DNA of 63,142 bases, the filler included, from Craspedostauros australis (Eukaryota): NCBI GenBank assembly GCA_030167865.1. It is 17 parts of 17 records of this genome, joined end to end, with 100 filler letters (N's around TTAATTAATTAA, not from the genome) between each part and the next. Parts side by side here need not be neighbours in the genome. Positions count along the whole stretch, not along the records: positions 1 to 1,204 come from JALAGF010002302.1; positions 1,305 to 3,081 come from JALAGF010002303.1; positions 3,182 to 7,284 come from JALAGF010002304.1; positions 7,385 to 10,044 come from JALAGF010002305.1; positions 10,145 to 11,340 come from JALAGF010002307.1; positions 11,441 to 17,968 come from JALAGF010002308.1; 11 more parts are not named here. One strand, written 5' to 3'. Shown piece by piece: positions 1 through 13,419 of the stretch (positions are counted from its first letter, which is position 1; each line of letters begins with the position of its first letter). The translations under genes and the position numbers were made by a program. The notes beneath the pieces are model-generated. The model had not been told where the DNA came from, searched no databases, and saw only the letters and a program-made list of their open reading frames with translations.

Positions 1-1204
1 CGGACTACCGAAGACGATGTGGCTGGCTACGACTCCTTCGTTGAAGTTGACGAGGAGATGTGGTTACCTACCGACGAGAAGACCGACGACGTTGCCCTAG
101 CCATGATCGAGGAGCCCTTCTGGTTGCCCGAAGACGACAAGTCCATGGATAGCACNGAGATGATGTGNTTCCTCACCAACGAGTTCGAAATCGATTCGAC
201 AGAGGTCAAAAATGTGACCAACCCAAGACTCGTAACAACCCAAGAAATTACGAACATCAAGAAAAACATGAGCATCGACCACGCCATGATGCCTCCCGAA
301 GAGGAGACCACCGAAGACCTCGCCCTCACGTCCACCGACGGAGAGATGGGCGACCAAGGCAACGAAGAGCCAAACCAAGGCTCCGAGTGGACGGCGGAAG
401 AGCGGGCGGCCCACCACCCAGGGGTGTATGGTCACTACGGACCACCAGCGGTCGCNNNNNNNNNNNNNNNNNNNNNNNNNNNNNNNNNNNNNNNNNNNNN
501 NNNNNAAGACGACGAGTTCTTCGACGAGGTCATCTACGATGAAGACCTCGTCAGCACCGAAGAAGAGTCTACCAACGAAGTGGCCATGGTGATCGGAGCA
601 GAAGACATCTGCAGAGAACCTGTCTTCTCGCTCTCCACCAACAAGTCTCCCATCGAGAAGACGATCGAAGCAGCAGGGCGCGCTCTATACCAAGGTTGGG
701 CATCGTGCCCACTGTGCTTCAAACAAGGGTACATCTACTCGTACTGCGTCGATTGTCTAAACCAGCCCTTCCTCATCGATCTACCGGAAGGAACGGACGT
801 GGTGAAACCGACAACCCACGAAGAACGGGATGAACGCCGCGCAATGCTCGCAAAGGAGGAGTCCCTCGCACTCGCAGTGCGATACTCATTGAGCAACGCC
901 ATGCCGGCTGACAGTGTGCGCTCCGAGCTTGTCTTGCTGTGCCTCGACACAGTGGAGGAGTACAACTCGAGAGACAGACGCAATTGCGCGGATGCTCGCA
1001 CCCTCTACTTCCTCCTACGCGAAATCGGGATGATGACTCCTTTCAACGTCATGAAGAACATGCCGTATATCAACGAAAGGCTGGAGAAGGAGCAGTTGCC
1101 AGCCATCCACCATGGACTCGTCGGGAGCCTGGCCTCGCGTGGAGCACTCCAAGTCATGTGGAAATACCACCCAGGCCACTACGGAGTCCGCAGCCCAAAT
1201 GCGT
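1..1204 (+). CDS. Partial ORF, acidic with a CxxC...CxxC motif; possibly an LTR-retrotransposon polyprotein fragment
   Basis: The frame is open across the whole contig (one internal gap) and contains WASCPLCFKQGYIYSYCVDC. No catalytic motif is seen, so the retroelement assignment is weak. Confidence 0.35.
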
Positions 1205-1304
1205 NNNNNNNNNNNNNNNNNNNNNNNNNNNNNNNNNNNNNNNNNNNNTTAATTAATTAANNNNNNNNNNNNNNNNNNNNNNNNNNNNNNNNNNNNNNNN
1301 NNNN
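1205..1304. other. Artificial contig-joining linker (N44-TTAATTAATTAA-N44), first of 16
   Basis: The same 100-nt spacer, with stops in all six frames, starts at 1205, 3082, 7285, 10045, 11341, 17969, 19764, 21432, 41152, 42840, 44285, 45730, 48321, 49493, 55185 and 56680. Confidence 0.98.
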
Positions 1305-4300
1305 GTGTTCTCTGCCATGATCGATGACTGTAGGCTTATTGTGGATGTCATGATAGCAATGCATGTCGCACATCTGGACAGGCTATAATTGCTGCTTGAC
1401 CACGATTTCGCAAGGGCCTCTAGTTGAAAGACTTCCCATATGGTATATCCATGACCAACGATATGGTATCGCATATCTGACGAAGTACATGCCGAACATG
1501 TGTTGGATATTTTGTAGAACCTTCATTTCGCAAGAAGTGCCATCAGCTGCGGATCTGAGAGGAGGCGATCAGACCTCCACAGACACTCTGCTGGGGTGAT
1601 CTTGCCAATTTTCGTTGTGCTCCCTTGGCGGAACTGCTTTTCAGATTGCGCCATGGCTGCCGCTCTTGTCATCGTGAGTGGAAACAATGGCATCGTCCAA
1701 CCGCGCAGAAAGCTTCTCTCAGACACTGTCGTGCTGTGTGCGGTCGAGGGGGAAGAGTCCTCACAGAAGCGGTTGTCTACGCTCATCGAGCAGGTGCTGG
1801 AGCCTTCGAATTCTGTGGCCGCCTTGTCCTTGGCTTTTGGCGTTGTCGGTGCCTGTGTGTGTTTGGATCTTTGTGAATGCACAAAACCAACATGTACATT
1901 TCAGAGAGCGCTTTCGTTGTTCTTGTTTCACGACATTCCAACCACGACCCAGTCAAGTGAGCGTGGCACACAACGAAAGAAATACGATTTCATGTTTACA
2001 ACCAATTGACAAACTCATGGAAAAGAGTAATTTTCGTGGCGCGATCATGACATTGAAGTACGAACACTCTTTGAGTGTTCCACCATCCCCTCACGCTTCC
2101 AACAAGGCTCCACACAACAATGCGAAACTGGAGAAATTTGATTGCGCGTGTGCCGCAACACAAACAAGACATGGCCGAGCACAAGTGCGCCCATGTGGAC
2201 TGGACAAGACCTCAACCTGTTGTTGGTCCTTGGCAGCCCGAAAGCTGCGAATCGAGTTCGACACCTGACGTGAGGAAAGGAGAAACGAGCCCTCGCCGGC
2301 TGCACATCCCAAGCGGTAGAAGTGGCCTGGACGGTCCGCACCATCGTCGGTGTCGACAGCCTCTGTGACATCTTGTTGTTCCTCACATGAGAGCGCCGCG
2401 AACACACCCACCCACAGCGCAGATCAAGACAAAGAGAGAGAGAGTGAAGGGCCGAAAGCACTGCTCCACAGCCGACTGACAGATCGTCATCCATGCCACA
2501 GTCACGCTTGCCAGATGCGTGGTCGTCCACTCTCGTGCCCAGAGGACGAATTTCGGAAACACACGAACGAGATGTTCTCAGTCTTCACTGGAACTTGTGC
2601 GCAGGGAGGAACACAACAGGGCGCTCTTGGGTACATAAATCGTGGTGGCAGCACAACCACGAGCTAGATCGTTCTATACTCGTAAGAACTGCCTCCTCCG
2701 TGGTTGTGAATTGGACCCGGCATTAAGTCAGGAAGGCGGTCGAGCACCTCGCTCTTGTTTGACACAACGATCACGAACATAAGAGGCTAATCCAATAGAC
2801 ACATAGCTTGTCTGCGTTGGGTGGTAGGGTTACTAGCACCTCCAAGCTTGTCTTGGATCATCCGGCTCGATCCCTCCTGGCCAAGTTCGTCTCTGGTCTC
2901 TGCCTCGGCTGTTTGCGTTGGTGTTGACTGATTCGATCATGGTTGGAGGGAGAGCGCTGGAATCCCCAAAGGGCGGGAAGGTGGGTTAAAAAATTTGAAG
3001 CGTTGCGGGAAGCGTTATCCGAAGCGAGGAGTGTGACAATTCTGTCGTCTTTTCCAAATTGTGCGCGTTTCGGTTGTTGCTNNNNNNNNNNNNNNNNNNN
3101 NNNNNNNNNNNNNNNNNNNNNNNNNTTAATTAATTAANNNNNNNNNNNNNNNNNNNNNNNNNNNNNNNNNNNNNNNNNNNNGACAACGGCATCGTCCGAT
3201 CTACCTGTCTCTCGTGCCACTTGCTGGCCTCTTCTGCTTCTTCTTTTACGCTCTTTGATTTGATCAAGATCACTAAACTTCCATCACATCACATCACATC
3301 ACATCACACCCTCTGCTCTACCAACTTCGCCTGGATGTTGAGCTTCGCCATCAAAAGCACCTGCTGTACAAAATCGTCGATGTGTTGTGGATGTATCTTC
3401 TGAATCCATGCAGTTCACGTAGAGTATGGTGAGATGATCTATTCTTCTCTTCACTTCACTCTCTCTCTCTCTCTCTTTCTGTCCACAACCATCACCTTCA
3501 TCGCAATGTTGGCCATGGTATGACTATCGTCGCCTCTCTCGATGTCCTTGTTCATGATCATGTTCATGGTTGTGTTGATCGTGTGTGATTCTGTGTGTGT
3601 TTTGTGTTTGTTTGATCCGAAATCCAAACTTCATTCCGTGTTGTCACGAATCACTTTCTAGTCAAACGAGTCGTATCACATCACGATTCAGTCGTGAAAA
3701 TGATCAAAACCAACAACATCCAAGTCCATTCCCGTTTCAGCTCCACTCCCGATTCATGGCGCACCGTGTCATTTCATCATCGGCTGGCGTTGCGCCTTCC
3801 GACGTGGCGCGCACGTCGACCTGCAATCGTGGAACTTCAATCAAGAACCAAATGGCGTTGCAACACGTCAAATCGGAAGCCGCTTCAACAGCCCACTTTA
3901 TCAACGCGATATGATTGGTCCATTCAAGTTTGGCGCATTCGTGCTTCCGCCAAAATAACCGCAATGAAACGTCAATTGTACATTTCGTGGGATCGATCAT
4001 CGGTTCGTGGGGAATGCGAGCTCGCGGACGTGCCGATTCTTGTCCGTGCTTCTTGTCTCAGCGACAAATGTGCTTGTCCTCTTCCCTTCGCCTTGTTGTG
4101 TTTGGGCTTTTGGAGGTTGAAGTCCATCACATTTCCAGCAAACCACAACAGCACCGCCAAAAATACGCGGAACTGACGCGTGCACAAATAGCGTATGAGC
4201 AAGGAAGGAAATGAAAGGAAGCCCAGACACGAAGCGATCTCCTCTCCGTTTTCGCCCCTCCTTCCTTCTCTCTTTGTTCCTCTCTCTCTCTCTCTCTCTG

Positions 4301-4729
4301 TGACGGATGTCTGTGTTCTCGTTCGTGGTTGTGCGTCGTTACTCGTCGTGGTTGTTGGTGTTGGTGGTGTTGGTGTTGGGCGCAGATTAGCTTGATTACT
4401 GGTTGGACTTCCATCGATCGCTGTCTCCATCCAAACAGAGAAACGACCAAACAGGCATCGCAAATACATACAAACACACGCCTGCAAATCATTGATTCAT
4501 TCACGTTGGCTGGTATGCTCGGCACCTCATCCTTCACGTCTCGCTTCCAACCAACCCTTCATAATCCAACTTCCGTACACACATCCCATCTACGATCCAG
4601 AAGCCAAACAGAGCCAAACATAATCGGCATCCATCTCCCACAAACATCAACAGGCACACAATCTCCACATCCCACCTTCCCACAAATCACAAACCAAGCC
4701 AACCGAGTAACCAAGCAACAACCATCACC

Positions 4730-5641
4730 ATGATCAACGATACCAACAACATGATGTCTGCCATGTCAGCATCCATGCCATCCACACCCATCGCACCAAC
4801 CAGAAAGCGATCAGTGCAAACCCTCGACAGAGAACGACGATGCAGACGTGAAGAATCCATCTTCCGACTTGCCAAGCGCTGCCGCACAGACAGCATTCAT
4901 CATGACCATCATCATCACGATGGTGACAGCCGCGAAGATGACACCATCATCCCACTCCACCCAATGTCTCCTCTCGCCATGACCTCAATGGTAGCAAGCA
5001 TCCCATCGCTGCCGTCGTCGTCATCGTACACACTGCCAATCATCGATGATGATGACGAAGATGACAACAACAACGACACTGACAAAGATGGCAGTGCCCG
5101 TGCCTCCAGCAGCCAGAGATTCAACACGCAGACTTTGCACTTCCTCCCACAAATGAGACCACGCCTTCTCAGCTTCGATTCCGAGGAACAGTATCCACGA
5201 TCACCATCGTCCAGCATGGACGACAGCCCGATGACGCCAGCACATTTGCAGCGAGTGGCAGAGCAGCGCGACGATGTCAACAGCACTGAGAACAACAACG
5301 AATACAATGCATGCAAGTACGACTCCCCAATCGTGTCAATGTCGATGGCATCAGTCATGCAGTTGCGCCCACAACGTTGGACATCCCTCTCGATGGAGGA
5401 GTCAGCGGCATCACCTCTGTCAGCCAGTGGTCCGCTTCCGGTTCTTCCATCATTGGACCAACTCGATGCCACCAGCGCCTCCAACGATGCCGAAGAGGAC
5501 AGCACCAGCGGATTCTCTTGCATGCTCACCACTCTTCGACCACGTTTCGGGCAGAGCAGTGGTGTCGAGTCCGCAGGACTGTTCATCCCCAACAGCATTT
5601 CCTTCGACGAAGAGGACAGCAACAGCGTCTATCAACAATAA
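4730..5641 (+). CDS. Hypothetical low-complexity Ser/Asp-rich protein (303 aa)
   Basis: ATG in a CACCATG context after a CA-rich leader. Uninterrupted ORF with a basic NLS-like segment (RRCRR...KRCR). Confidence 0.6.
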   Translation: MINDTNNMMSAMSASMPSTPIAPTRKRSVQTLDRERRCRREESIFRLAKRCRTDSIHHDHHHHDGDSREDDTIIPLHPMSPLAMTSMVASIPSLPSSSSYTLPIIDDDDEDDNNNDTDKDGSARASSSQRFNTQTLHFLPQMRPRLLSFDSEEQYPRSPSSSMDDSPMTPAHLQRVAEQRDDVNSTENNNEYNACKYDSPIVSMSMASVMQLRPQRWTSLSMEESAASPLSASGPLPVLPSLDQLDATSASNDAEEDSTSGFSCMLTTLRPRFGQSSGVESAGLFIPNSISFDEEDSNSVYQQ

Positions 5642-7397
5642 CATGCTGAAACAACAGCAACAGCAGACAACCTTCCATACTAGTATGGCACATAGCATGG
5701 TGCGTGCCATTCTAAATCGCGCATACATACCACACCACACCATACAGATGCACACAGACACAGATAGAGGCAATACAGATACACAGCAATGCCATGCATG
5801 GCAGTACACTGCACAACGTCAAAGTCAATTTTCAACATTGTATTAAACAGCAACACAGTTATCATTTACGTACTTTCACATGTACCTCATTTGTTTCTGG
5901 TTGGAGTTGAGCAGAGTAGATACCTGATCACCATAGTCCAGATCATGATCGCATCCGTTTTCGTCAGACCGCAACCGTTGTCGTCAACGGAAGCGCCGTC
6001 CAATTCTCATGGCGGAAGCGCCAACGAGCACCACCAACAACGTCATCAGCGGCAGGAGCAGGCATTCCGATTGGTGCATCTGCGGTCCTCTCAATTCATG
6101 CATCCACAAAGACTAATATCATACGCATCATACTCACACTCACATACCAATTACAACATGCCTCAGTTTTGACACGATCTCATCTTTGCCGGTTATCAAG
6201 TTATCAAGTACGGTGAGCGATCAGGCATTCAAGTGCAACATCTGCTTTTTCTGGACTGTTCGGAACAGAAACGAATGATATTTGGATGGAGAAAGAAATG
6301 AGATGGTTATGAAAGCAGGAAGGAAAGCAAGAAGGGATGGCATGGTATGCGCCATTCAGCCGTCTTCCATCATTCATTCGCGGACATGAGCCTGCATCCA
6401 GGGCTGCATCCTGTTCACTTTGAGGGTGGTGACGATTGGAATGCACGTGTCTAGGTGCGCCATGGTGAGTCTGCGTCGTGCAGCCGTTCCGACGTCAGGA
6501 TCTGGGTTCCCTTTTGCAATTCGGAATGATGATTGCTCTGTTCGCGATGCCAATCATTGCTGGCCCTTCGGCCAGATGGTGATCTCGGAGGCAATGATCC
6601 ACCCACTTTGGCCTTCCGATCGCACCCAAAAGGATGCTTCGAACGCCTCCCACGATGCCTCGCGGTTTGGGGTTCTCCATTGTCGGCCTCCGCACGTCGA
6701 TGTGTGCCGAAGAGCTGAGACGGACAATGCGAATCTTTCAGACTCTCACCGCCTCGGCTTCGATGTAGCAGGCGCTTTCATCACAAGCCACATCAGGCGG
6801 ATGTGCGCTTCGGGTTGCTTCTGATCATCGTCGCGCTTAGCTGGTGAAAACGCAAACATCATCACACCATCTCAGATAAGTTGGCGCAATGTATCCACGA
6901 TGATCCCGGCGTACGATTGGGCGTTCCGTCACAAAGAGCTGCGCATCAAGGCATGCTGCCGAAGCTCCAGAGACTTCGCTGATGGTGCAGACAACATTGA
7001 CGATGCATAGGTCGAAGATTATCTCAGACCATGACGGGGCGGCATTCCACACCTTCATCCATCGATTATTCTTCACCAACAAAGAAAGGAACCCAAGCAG
7101 AAAAGCGAGCAGCGCTTCGGTCTTCTCTCATTCCGCAGGCAAATGGGAGTCGGCGGAGGGTGCATGGGTGGTTTCCGGACATAGCACTGTACGAGACAGC
7201 ACATATGACCCACGTCAGCCAATGACCGTACGACCACGGCAGGATTTTGAAAAAATGGGCTCCTATGGAGACTAAAATTTAACCNNNNNNNNNNNNNNNN
7301 NNNNNNNNNNNNNNNNNNNNNNNNNNNNTTAATTAATTAANNNNNNNNNNNNNNNNNNNNNNNNNNNNNNNNNNNNNNNNNNNNGCGCCATGTACTA

Positions 7398-7928
7398 GTG
7401 TTGTTTTCCGGCTCCACCGTGCGAGAGAACATCGACCCATTCAATCAATTTGACGACGATGCCATCAAATCTGCCCTTACCGATGCGCAGATGCGGGACG
7501 CAGTGGCGAACCTCCCCGGTGGACTCCAGGCCACCGTCGCGGAGAACGGTTCGAATTTCTCTGTCGGCCAACGGCAGCTTCTCTGTCTCGCGAGAACCAT
7601 TCTGAGGAAAACGAAAATACTCGTGCTTGATGAGCCATCGGCCAACGTCGACAATGAAACAGACCTCCTGCTTCAAGAAGCCGTGTCAGCGAACTTCAAG
7701 GATTCCACAATCATCGCCATTGCTCATCGTCTGGATACCGTAATCGAGTACGACAAGATCATCGTGCTCAGCAGCGGGCACATCGTCGAGTTCGACACAC
7801 CAATCAACCTCATCGAGAAAGGGGGAGACTTCTCGCAGATGGTGAAAGACACTGGCCACAGGAGTTCCGAGACCCTGACCAAACGAGCGAGCATGCAAAG
7901 TGCAGACTTCAAAACGGAGGAAGAATAA
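7398..7928 (+). CDS. ABC transporter subfamily C (MRP-like), C-terminal nucleotide-binding domain, 5'-truncated
   Basis: LFSGSTVRENIDP, signature NFSVGQRQLLCLAR, Walker B ILVLDE, H-loop IAHRL. Confidence 0.93.
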   Translation: MLFSGSTVRENIDPFNQFDDDAIKSALTDAQMRDAVANLPGGLQATVAENGSNFSVGQRQLLCLARTILRKTKILVLDEPSANVDNETDLLLQEAVSANFKDSTIIAIAHRLDTVIEYDKIIVLSSGHIVEFDTPINLIEKGGDFSQMVKDTGHRSSETLTKRASMQSADFKTEEE

Positions 7929-8909
7929 AATACCAGATAAAACACGCGCAAGCGAATAGAGTGGAGTACAGACGTGTCGAAGCACAACCACGAGCACTGT
8001 GCACTGTCCTTGAGCGGAAGCATGTTGCGGTTCGGTACCAATACATGCACGTACATGCTTCAAATGGCATCAGATTTGCGTCGTTGCCACTCGCCGGAAC
8101 AAAATGTGACCAAGTGCAGAATTGATGGTCTGTGGGTTACGGTACGTCACTACTGTGCGCGGAATTATGACGCAGGGCGGCCGCGATTGATTTTTGTTCT
8201 CGTCTTTCGCTTTATTCGCACAATGCTCCTGACTGACATGCCAAGATCACGGTGCTTCGCAATTTGTTTTCGCACACACAAGCTATGAAGGTCTCACCAA
8301 CGCCCACAATTGCATCTCTCCAAATCATGGCACAGCTATACTACCATAAATACACCACCGAAATGGATTTCGCTCTTGTCCTCCCAAGCAGTTTGTGTCC
8401 ACCAGCCGGTGTGGATTGAATCTGATGGCACGAAAGCAGCCCAGGGCAGGTTGGTATCGCGAAGTCTCTTCGGGCTGGGAGAGATGAAGAGCGTACGGGA
8501 ATTTTGATTCGAGACAAGCAGCGCAATGCAATCAGCTCCAAGAAGAATTGCGAGGGCGACGACGATCGTTCAAAAATGCAACTATCAACTAATTCTAGGA
8601 TCCTCAGCTTTCGCGATACACCTCGCCCATCTTTATTCTGTCTCGCTCATCGCGGAGTAGTCGTCGCAAAGGCGATTATGGGCATGGCGTATGCGCGCAC
8701 ACCACGTCTCCTGCGGAAGAGAGCACAGAGTATGCGAAATCAACTTCCGTTGCAATCCGCCGTCATGCGAGATCATGAATTCCAGCACTGGGTACGAGCA
8801 TGTTGCCTTGGCTTTGTTTGTGACTGGTACTACTATAATGTGAATGCTGTAGATTCTCTTGCACCAATCTGCGATGGCTTTCTCTCATCAATCCAATTGG
8901 GGGAGTGCA

Positions 8910-10044
8910 CTAATAAATGCCCGTCGACTGTCCCCACTCTGTTGATGCAATGTAGTTCTCCAATTCACCGCCCAAGTACACCGACGCGGCACTCACCAAG
9001 AGCACAGCCCACAGCGGTGCCGACTTCGTTGTCTTGTTCACACTCAAAGCGAATGGAACCGTGTACGAAAAGAAACCGAAGCATGAGGTCATCAGATGCA
9101 AGGCCTGGATGCCGGTGGACTGGATGCGGGATGCATTTCTCACGATGTTGAATGACTGCACGAAGTACAGCCATGGCCAGTGGCTGCCGAAGGTGCTTCC
9201 CACAGCATACGCACCAAGGCCGGATGCCAATCCTTGGCATGAGAACACGATCGGCTTGATCGATTGGCTCCATCCCAAGGTGACCGGTACCAACGCCACC
9301 AGCACCGTCGGGAGGAAGGCCAGTGCGACTTTCTTGGTGTTTGTTGGCGTGACGGCGGCAGCCAGGCCACTCATGCCGCCGCACAGTCCCAGGCAGAAAA
9401 CGAAGTTCGTCCATCCCGACGATGACTCTGACTTGGGAAGGTACACCCATCCGTCGAATTCGTGACCGACGATCTCGGAGAAGTTGCCGATGATGGTGAT
9501 GGTTGCACCCAGACCCCAGAAGATGTCGGACAGCATCTGATCCCGGCTCGTCCAGCTTTCTGACTTTTCCGTCTGCTTCGTATCAGCCTTGCTGCTGCTG
9601 CTGTCCTTGGTGACGGTGGCGTCGGCAGCGTCTCCCTTCTTGAGGGCCATCAAGGCTGGGCGCAGGATGGAGACCATGGAGAGCGGCGTCAGGCTGTTGA
9701 AGAGATGGACTGCGCACAATATCGGCCACAACGGCTTGTTCAGACGTTCGTCGAGTCTGGATTCCATGAGTGGCTCCAGTTGAAAAGAGACGGCGAGTGA
9801 TGCTAGGAAGCACAAGTCGATGGACTGGACCCATTCCATGGTGAGAGCGGAGCTTCTGAGGGTCTGCACGGCACCGTAGATGTAGGCGATGGCCATGATG
9901 GGCATGGTGACCTTCCAGGAGCGCAGACCCTCCAGGTCATTAGGCAGTTCGGCATCGTCGAGGTTGTCGTTCCTCTTTTTGATGGTCCCGATGGCAGCTG
10001 CCACCACGACGAGGATGACCGTGTTGAATGTTGCAGTCGTCGAC
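8910..10044 (-). CDS. Multi-pass membrane protein of unknown function, 5'-truncated at contig end
   Basis: At least 365 aa open to the contig edge, with many hydrophobic segments and coding-like codon usage. Confidence 0.7.
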
Positions 10045-10144
10045 NNNNNNNNNNNNNNNNNNNNNNNNNNNNNNNNNNNNNNNNNNNNTTAATTAATTAA
10101 NNNNNNNNNNNNNNNNNNNNNNNNNNNNNNNNNNNNNNNNNNNN

Positions 10145-11340
10145 CGATTCCCTCTTGCATGCACTCGAACTGCTTGTTGTGTTCCTCAAATGGGAATTCA
10201 CCGCCTCCCACATGCAGCTTCAGTGTGATGATCCCATGCATTCGGCTGCGTTCGCACTCACCACCAACAAGGAGAAGAAGAAGGCAACAACCACATCAAC
10301 CAATCAACGCAAACCACGCACCAACAAGCACAAGCGCAAGAAGACCACCTCTGTCACCAACGACACTCCAAACGTCACAAATAACAATTCTCCCACCACT
10401 ACAAATGACCAACCCTGTAAAGTATGCAACCGTTGTGGATCAGCAATGCGATTTGTGAATGATCCTTTTGTCCCTTTTGTCAAAATGCTTAAGGACAACG
10501 AACTCGCAGAACACAAGGACGAATTGCAATCCATGCTTGCGGCGGCGCCAGGATTCGCCAACGAAATTGTTAACTACATGGCTCACAAAGTGCGCGCAAA
10601 AGTTCAATTCGGACAAATCGCCTTTTATCAATCCGAACTCAATGATAAGCCTGAAAGAGCCTATGTGGTACTTGACCATAAGCAAAAAATTCTACCGACA
10701 GGCCAANNNNNNNNNNNNNNNNNNNNNNNNNNNNNNNNNNNNNNNNNNNNNNNNNNNNNNNNNNNNNNNNNNNNNNNNNNNNNNNNNNNNACTTATCGGT
10801 TCATCGACATTGTGGTCGATGGAAGACCGACACAAGACACTCTTCAAGTTGGTGGACTGCTTGACATCGTGCAACAAAAGGTCAAAGACATTCTCCCATC
10901 CGTGACTGAAATCATCCTACAGAGCGATAACACGTGTTGTTTCACCAGTCACGAGCACATCGCGCTCATCACGTCCAAACTCAACAAGAACCTTGTGACA
11001 CGAAATGCGGCCAAAATCATTGCGTGGATCTACACGGAGGCCCAAACCGGTAAGAGCATGCTGGACACCCACTTCGCGTACATCACCCGTGTGCTGCGAA
11101 AATACGTGCAAAGTGGCAAGGACATCAAGACCCCTTTCCAACTCTTCCTTGCACTGAAAGCCGGTGACATCGCGGGTACCACCACGGTACTGGTCAACGC
11201 GTCGTCCCTCCAAGGCAACATCACGACGCTTCCTGGCGCACCAAAAAGACGATTCCGCGCGAATGGGCAACAGGTACGTCAAACTCACGAGGTGAAGTAT
11301 GATGATGACCAGGCGCGGTTGGTGGCTGCATCTGGTATCA
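10145..11340 (+). mobile_element. DNA transposase fragment, Sola3-like (DDD)
   Basis: Motif order YMAHKVR...VVLDHKQKILP...QD..QV...ILQSDN...TEAQTGKSMLDTH...YVQSGKDI matches what I recall for Sola3 transposases. Both ends are truncated and there is an internal gap. Confidence 0.65.
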
Positions 11341-11440
11341 NNNNNNNNNNNNNNNNNNNNNNNNNNNNNNNNNNNNNNNNNNNNTTAATTAATTAANNNN
11401 NNNNNNNNNNNNNNNNNNNNNNNNNNNNNNNNNNNNNNNN

Positions 11441-12034
11441 CACAAGGCATTCTTGCTCGAGGCTGAAAAGCGCTCGATCACTATCAAGAACAAGCGCCAT
11501 TCCAGAATCCAGAACGCGTACAACCTGGCGATCGTCACCGCCGCGCAATCTATGTGCGTCCATGATGTAGCTCTCGCCTGTGAGCTGGCAGGCGAGCACT
11601 ATGCTCAGAACGATGCCCCAGACCTGGTCAGCGACTACTTCGACAACGCTGTTGATCACTACACAGCATGGGGATGCAAGACCAAGGTGGATGACATCAA
11701 GGAACGACGTGGCCAATTCGTCACCACACGGTACCGACATGGAAACCTCAACCCGAAGCTGGCGGAATGGACCCGCCGCAACCGCAAGCTCGATGAGCTG
11801 TATGGAATTGCATCGCCTGCGAATCTCTCTGGATTCGAGATCATACCNNNNNNNNNNNNNNNNNNNNNNNNNNNNNNNNNNNNNNNNNNNNNNNNNATCG
11901 ATGGCTGCACTCACGCCACAGGCTCCAAGACGTACAAGACAGACGCATTGTCCGAGGATGGCGAGGCAGAGTACGACTATGATGATATGGACGAGCACGA
12001 TGACGATGTCTCGGTGCTAACGTACGGTTCTTGA
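11441..12034 (+). CDS. C-terminal TPR-like region of an AAA-ATPase / multi-sensor kinase-related protein, 5'-truncated
   Basis: AYNLAIVTAAQ...ALACELAGEHY...YFDNAVDHYTAWGCKTKV matches the Y..AI..A...ALA.E.AG...Y..WG...KV motif of AAA_16-containing Ser/Thr-His kinase-like proteins. Confidence 0.7.
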   Translation, partial: HKAFLLEAEKRSITIKNKRHSRIQNAYNLAIVTAAQSMCVHDVALACELAGEHYAQNDAPDLVSDYFDNAVDHYTAWGCKTKVDDIKERRGQFVTTRYRHGNLNPKLAEWTRRNRKLDELYGIASPANLSGFEIIXXXXXXXXXXXXXXXXXIDGCTHATGSKTYKTDALSEDGEAEYDYDDMDEHDDDVSVLTYGS

Positions 12035-12618
12035 GAGCGATGTCAAGACAGCCCGAGCAACCGAAGTGCTCGTATGAGTATGCTGCTAGCAACAACGAGC
12101 ACGTTGTGACATCGTGACATACCACACCATGACATACATGGCATACATGGCATACATGACATACATTGAATTGATGAATACGCGTACAGTAAAGTGTAGA
12201 GTATTGCACATTGCGCACCATTGCACAACCGCAGAGGACGCCATTCCACGATTCTGGTATTACTCTGGAGTAGACACACATAAAGATTGTATGGTACTAT
12301 TGTAATGTGCTGTGTTAGGATCGTCTCTCTTCAGAGCTTTGGCGAGGACAGCTACAGGCAAGGCCGACCTGGTGCGCAAGTGCATAGTAGTCCGAAGGAT
12401 TGGGCACCTTTTCCGTGAGGGTCTGCGAAGAAACACCGTCACGTTTTTTCTGGTGTTCGAACTCGTACGCGGACAAAGAATGTTCGATTCATGGCATAGG
12501 TGGAGACTGTGGTCTGACGAACAGCGGAATTGGTCTTCCGTGTCTTTTGCACGTTGTCAGGAGTATGATCTGTCCTTCAACCGGTTTTTGGCGCCGTTTG
12601 ATGTTGAGAACAAAGCTG

Positions 12619-13419
12619 TGTCGGCAAGTTCCGTGATTGGAAGCCTACGATCGTGGAAGACGGTGTTGTTGATAGTCGTTCTGTTTGCTATTTCATTACG
12701 TTGAGACTCCGATCCTCTCGGTGTCCTCTCTCTTGCCCGATGCTCTCGGCGCTTCAATCTGTTTCGTAGATTGGGTCTCCGACTATGAGTCGGTACACGA
12801 GATGATCTCTCGCTGCTATCGTATTCTCTCTCTCTCAATTTTCCATGTTCATGTTACACGACACTCCGTGTTCGATGCGTGCTCCACATTCGACACTCCG
12901 TTCATTCGCTACTGGTTCCTACTCCATGAATACTTACCACTTGAACTCCTCTTCGTGTATCCATGATCTCGATGCTCTTTGATCATCGAATCTTCACCTT
13001 CTACTTCTGACATGGAGACAGATGTCGACATGGTGACATGATGGCATCCTGTCAACGTCAGTAGGCATTCTTCTGCTTTCCAGATGTCACATTCCGTCAA
13101 TGATGCGATGGTCTCTCAGATGATATTGTCATCTGGGGTGTAGTTGGGAGGTACCTCGAGCTTCGCTCGATACCATACGTGTCCATTGATGGATGGACGG
13201 ACGATGTTCCTGATTCTCTCAGAAATCGCTGATTACAAATTTCCTCCAGAAATTCTGCTCATTTTCATGTGTTCCATTTCCACTGTGACTTTGACAAATC
13301 ACATTATACTAACCACACGAGTGTAGTTTTACCGTAGAAAACACGTATGAGAGAATAATGGGTGACCGATGCACATGTACACATACATCTTGACATATAC
13401 ACGCATGTACATCTCGACA
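12619..13419 (+). repeat. LTR-like dispersed repeat family 1 (TGT(C/T)GG...ACA), copy 1
   Basis: Begins TGTCGGCAAGTTCCG and ends ...CTCGACA. Closely similar to 40760-41151 and more distantly to 39249-40007 and 34349-34575. No TSD or PBS found. Confidence 0.7.

Noticed and set aside
1249..1260. Recurring TTAATTAATTAA and ORFs ending in X...LIN
   Set aside because: Artificial linker; these ORF ends and any cross-linker gene neighbourhoods are artefacts.
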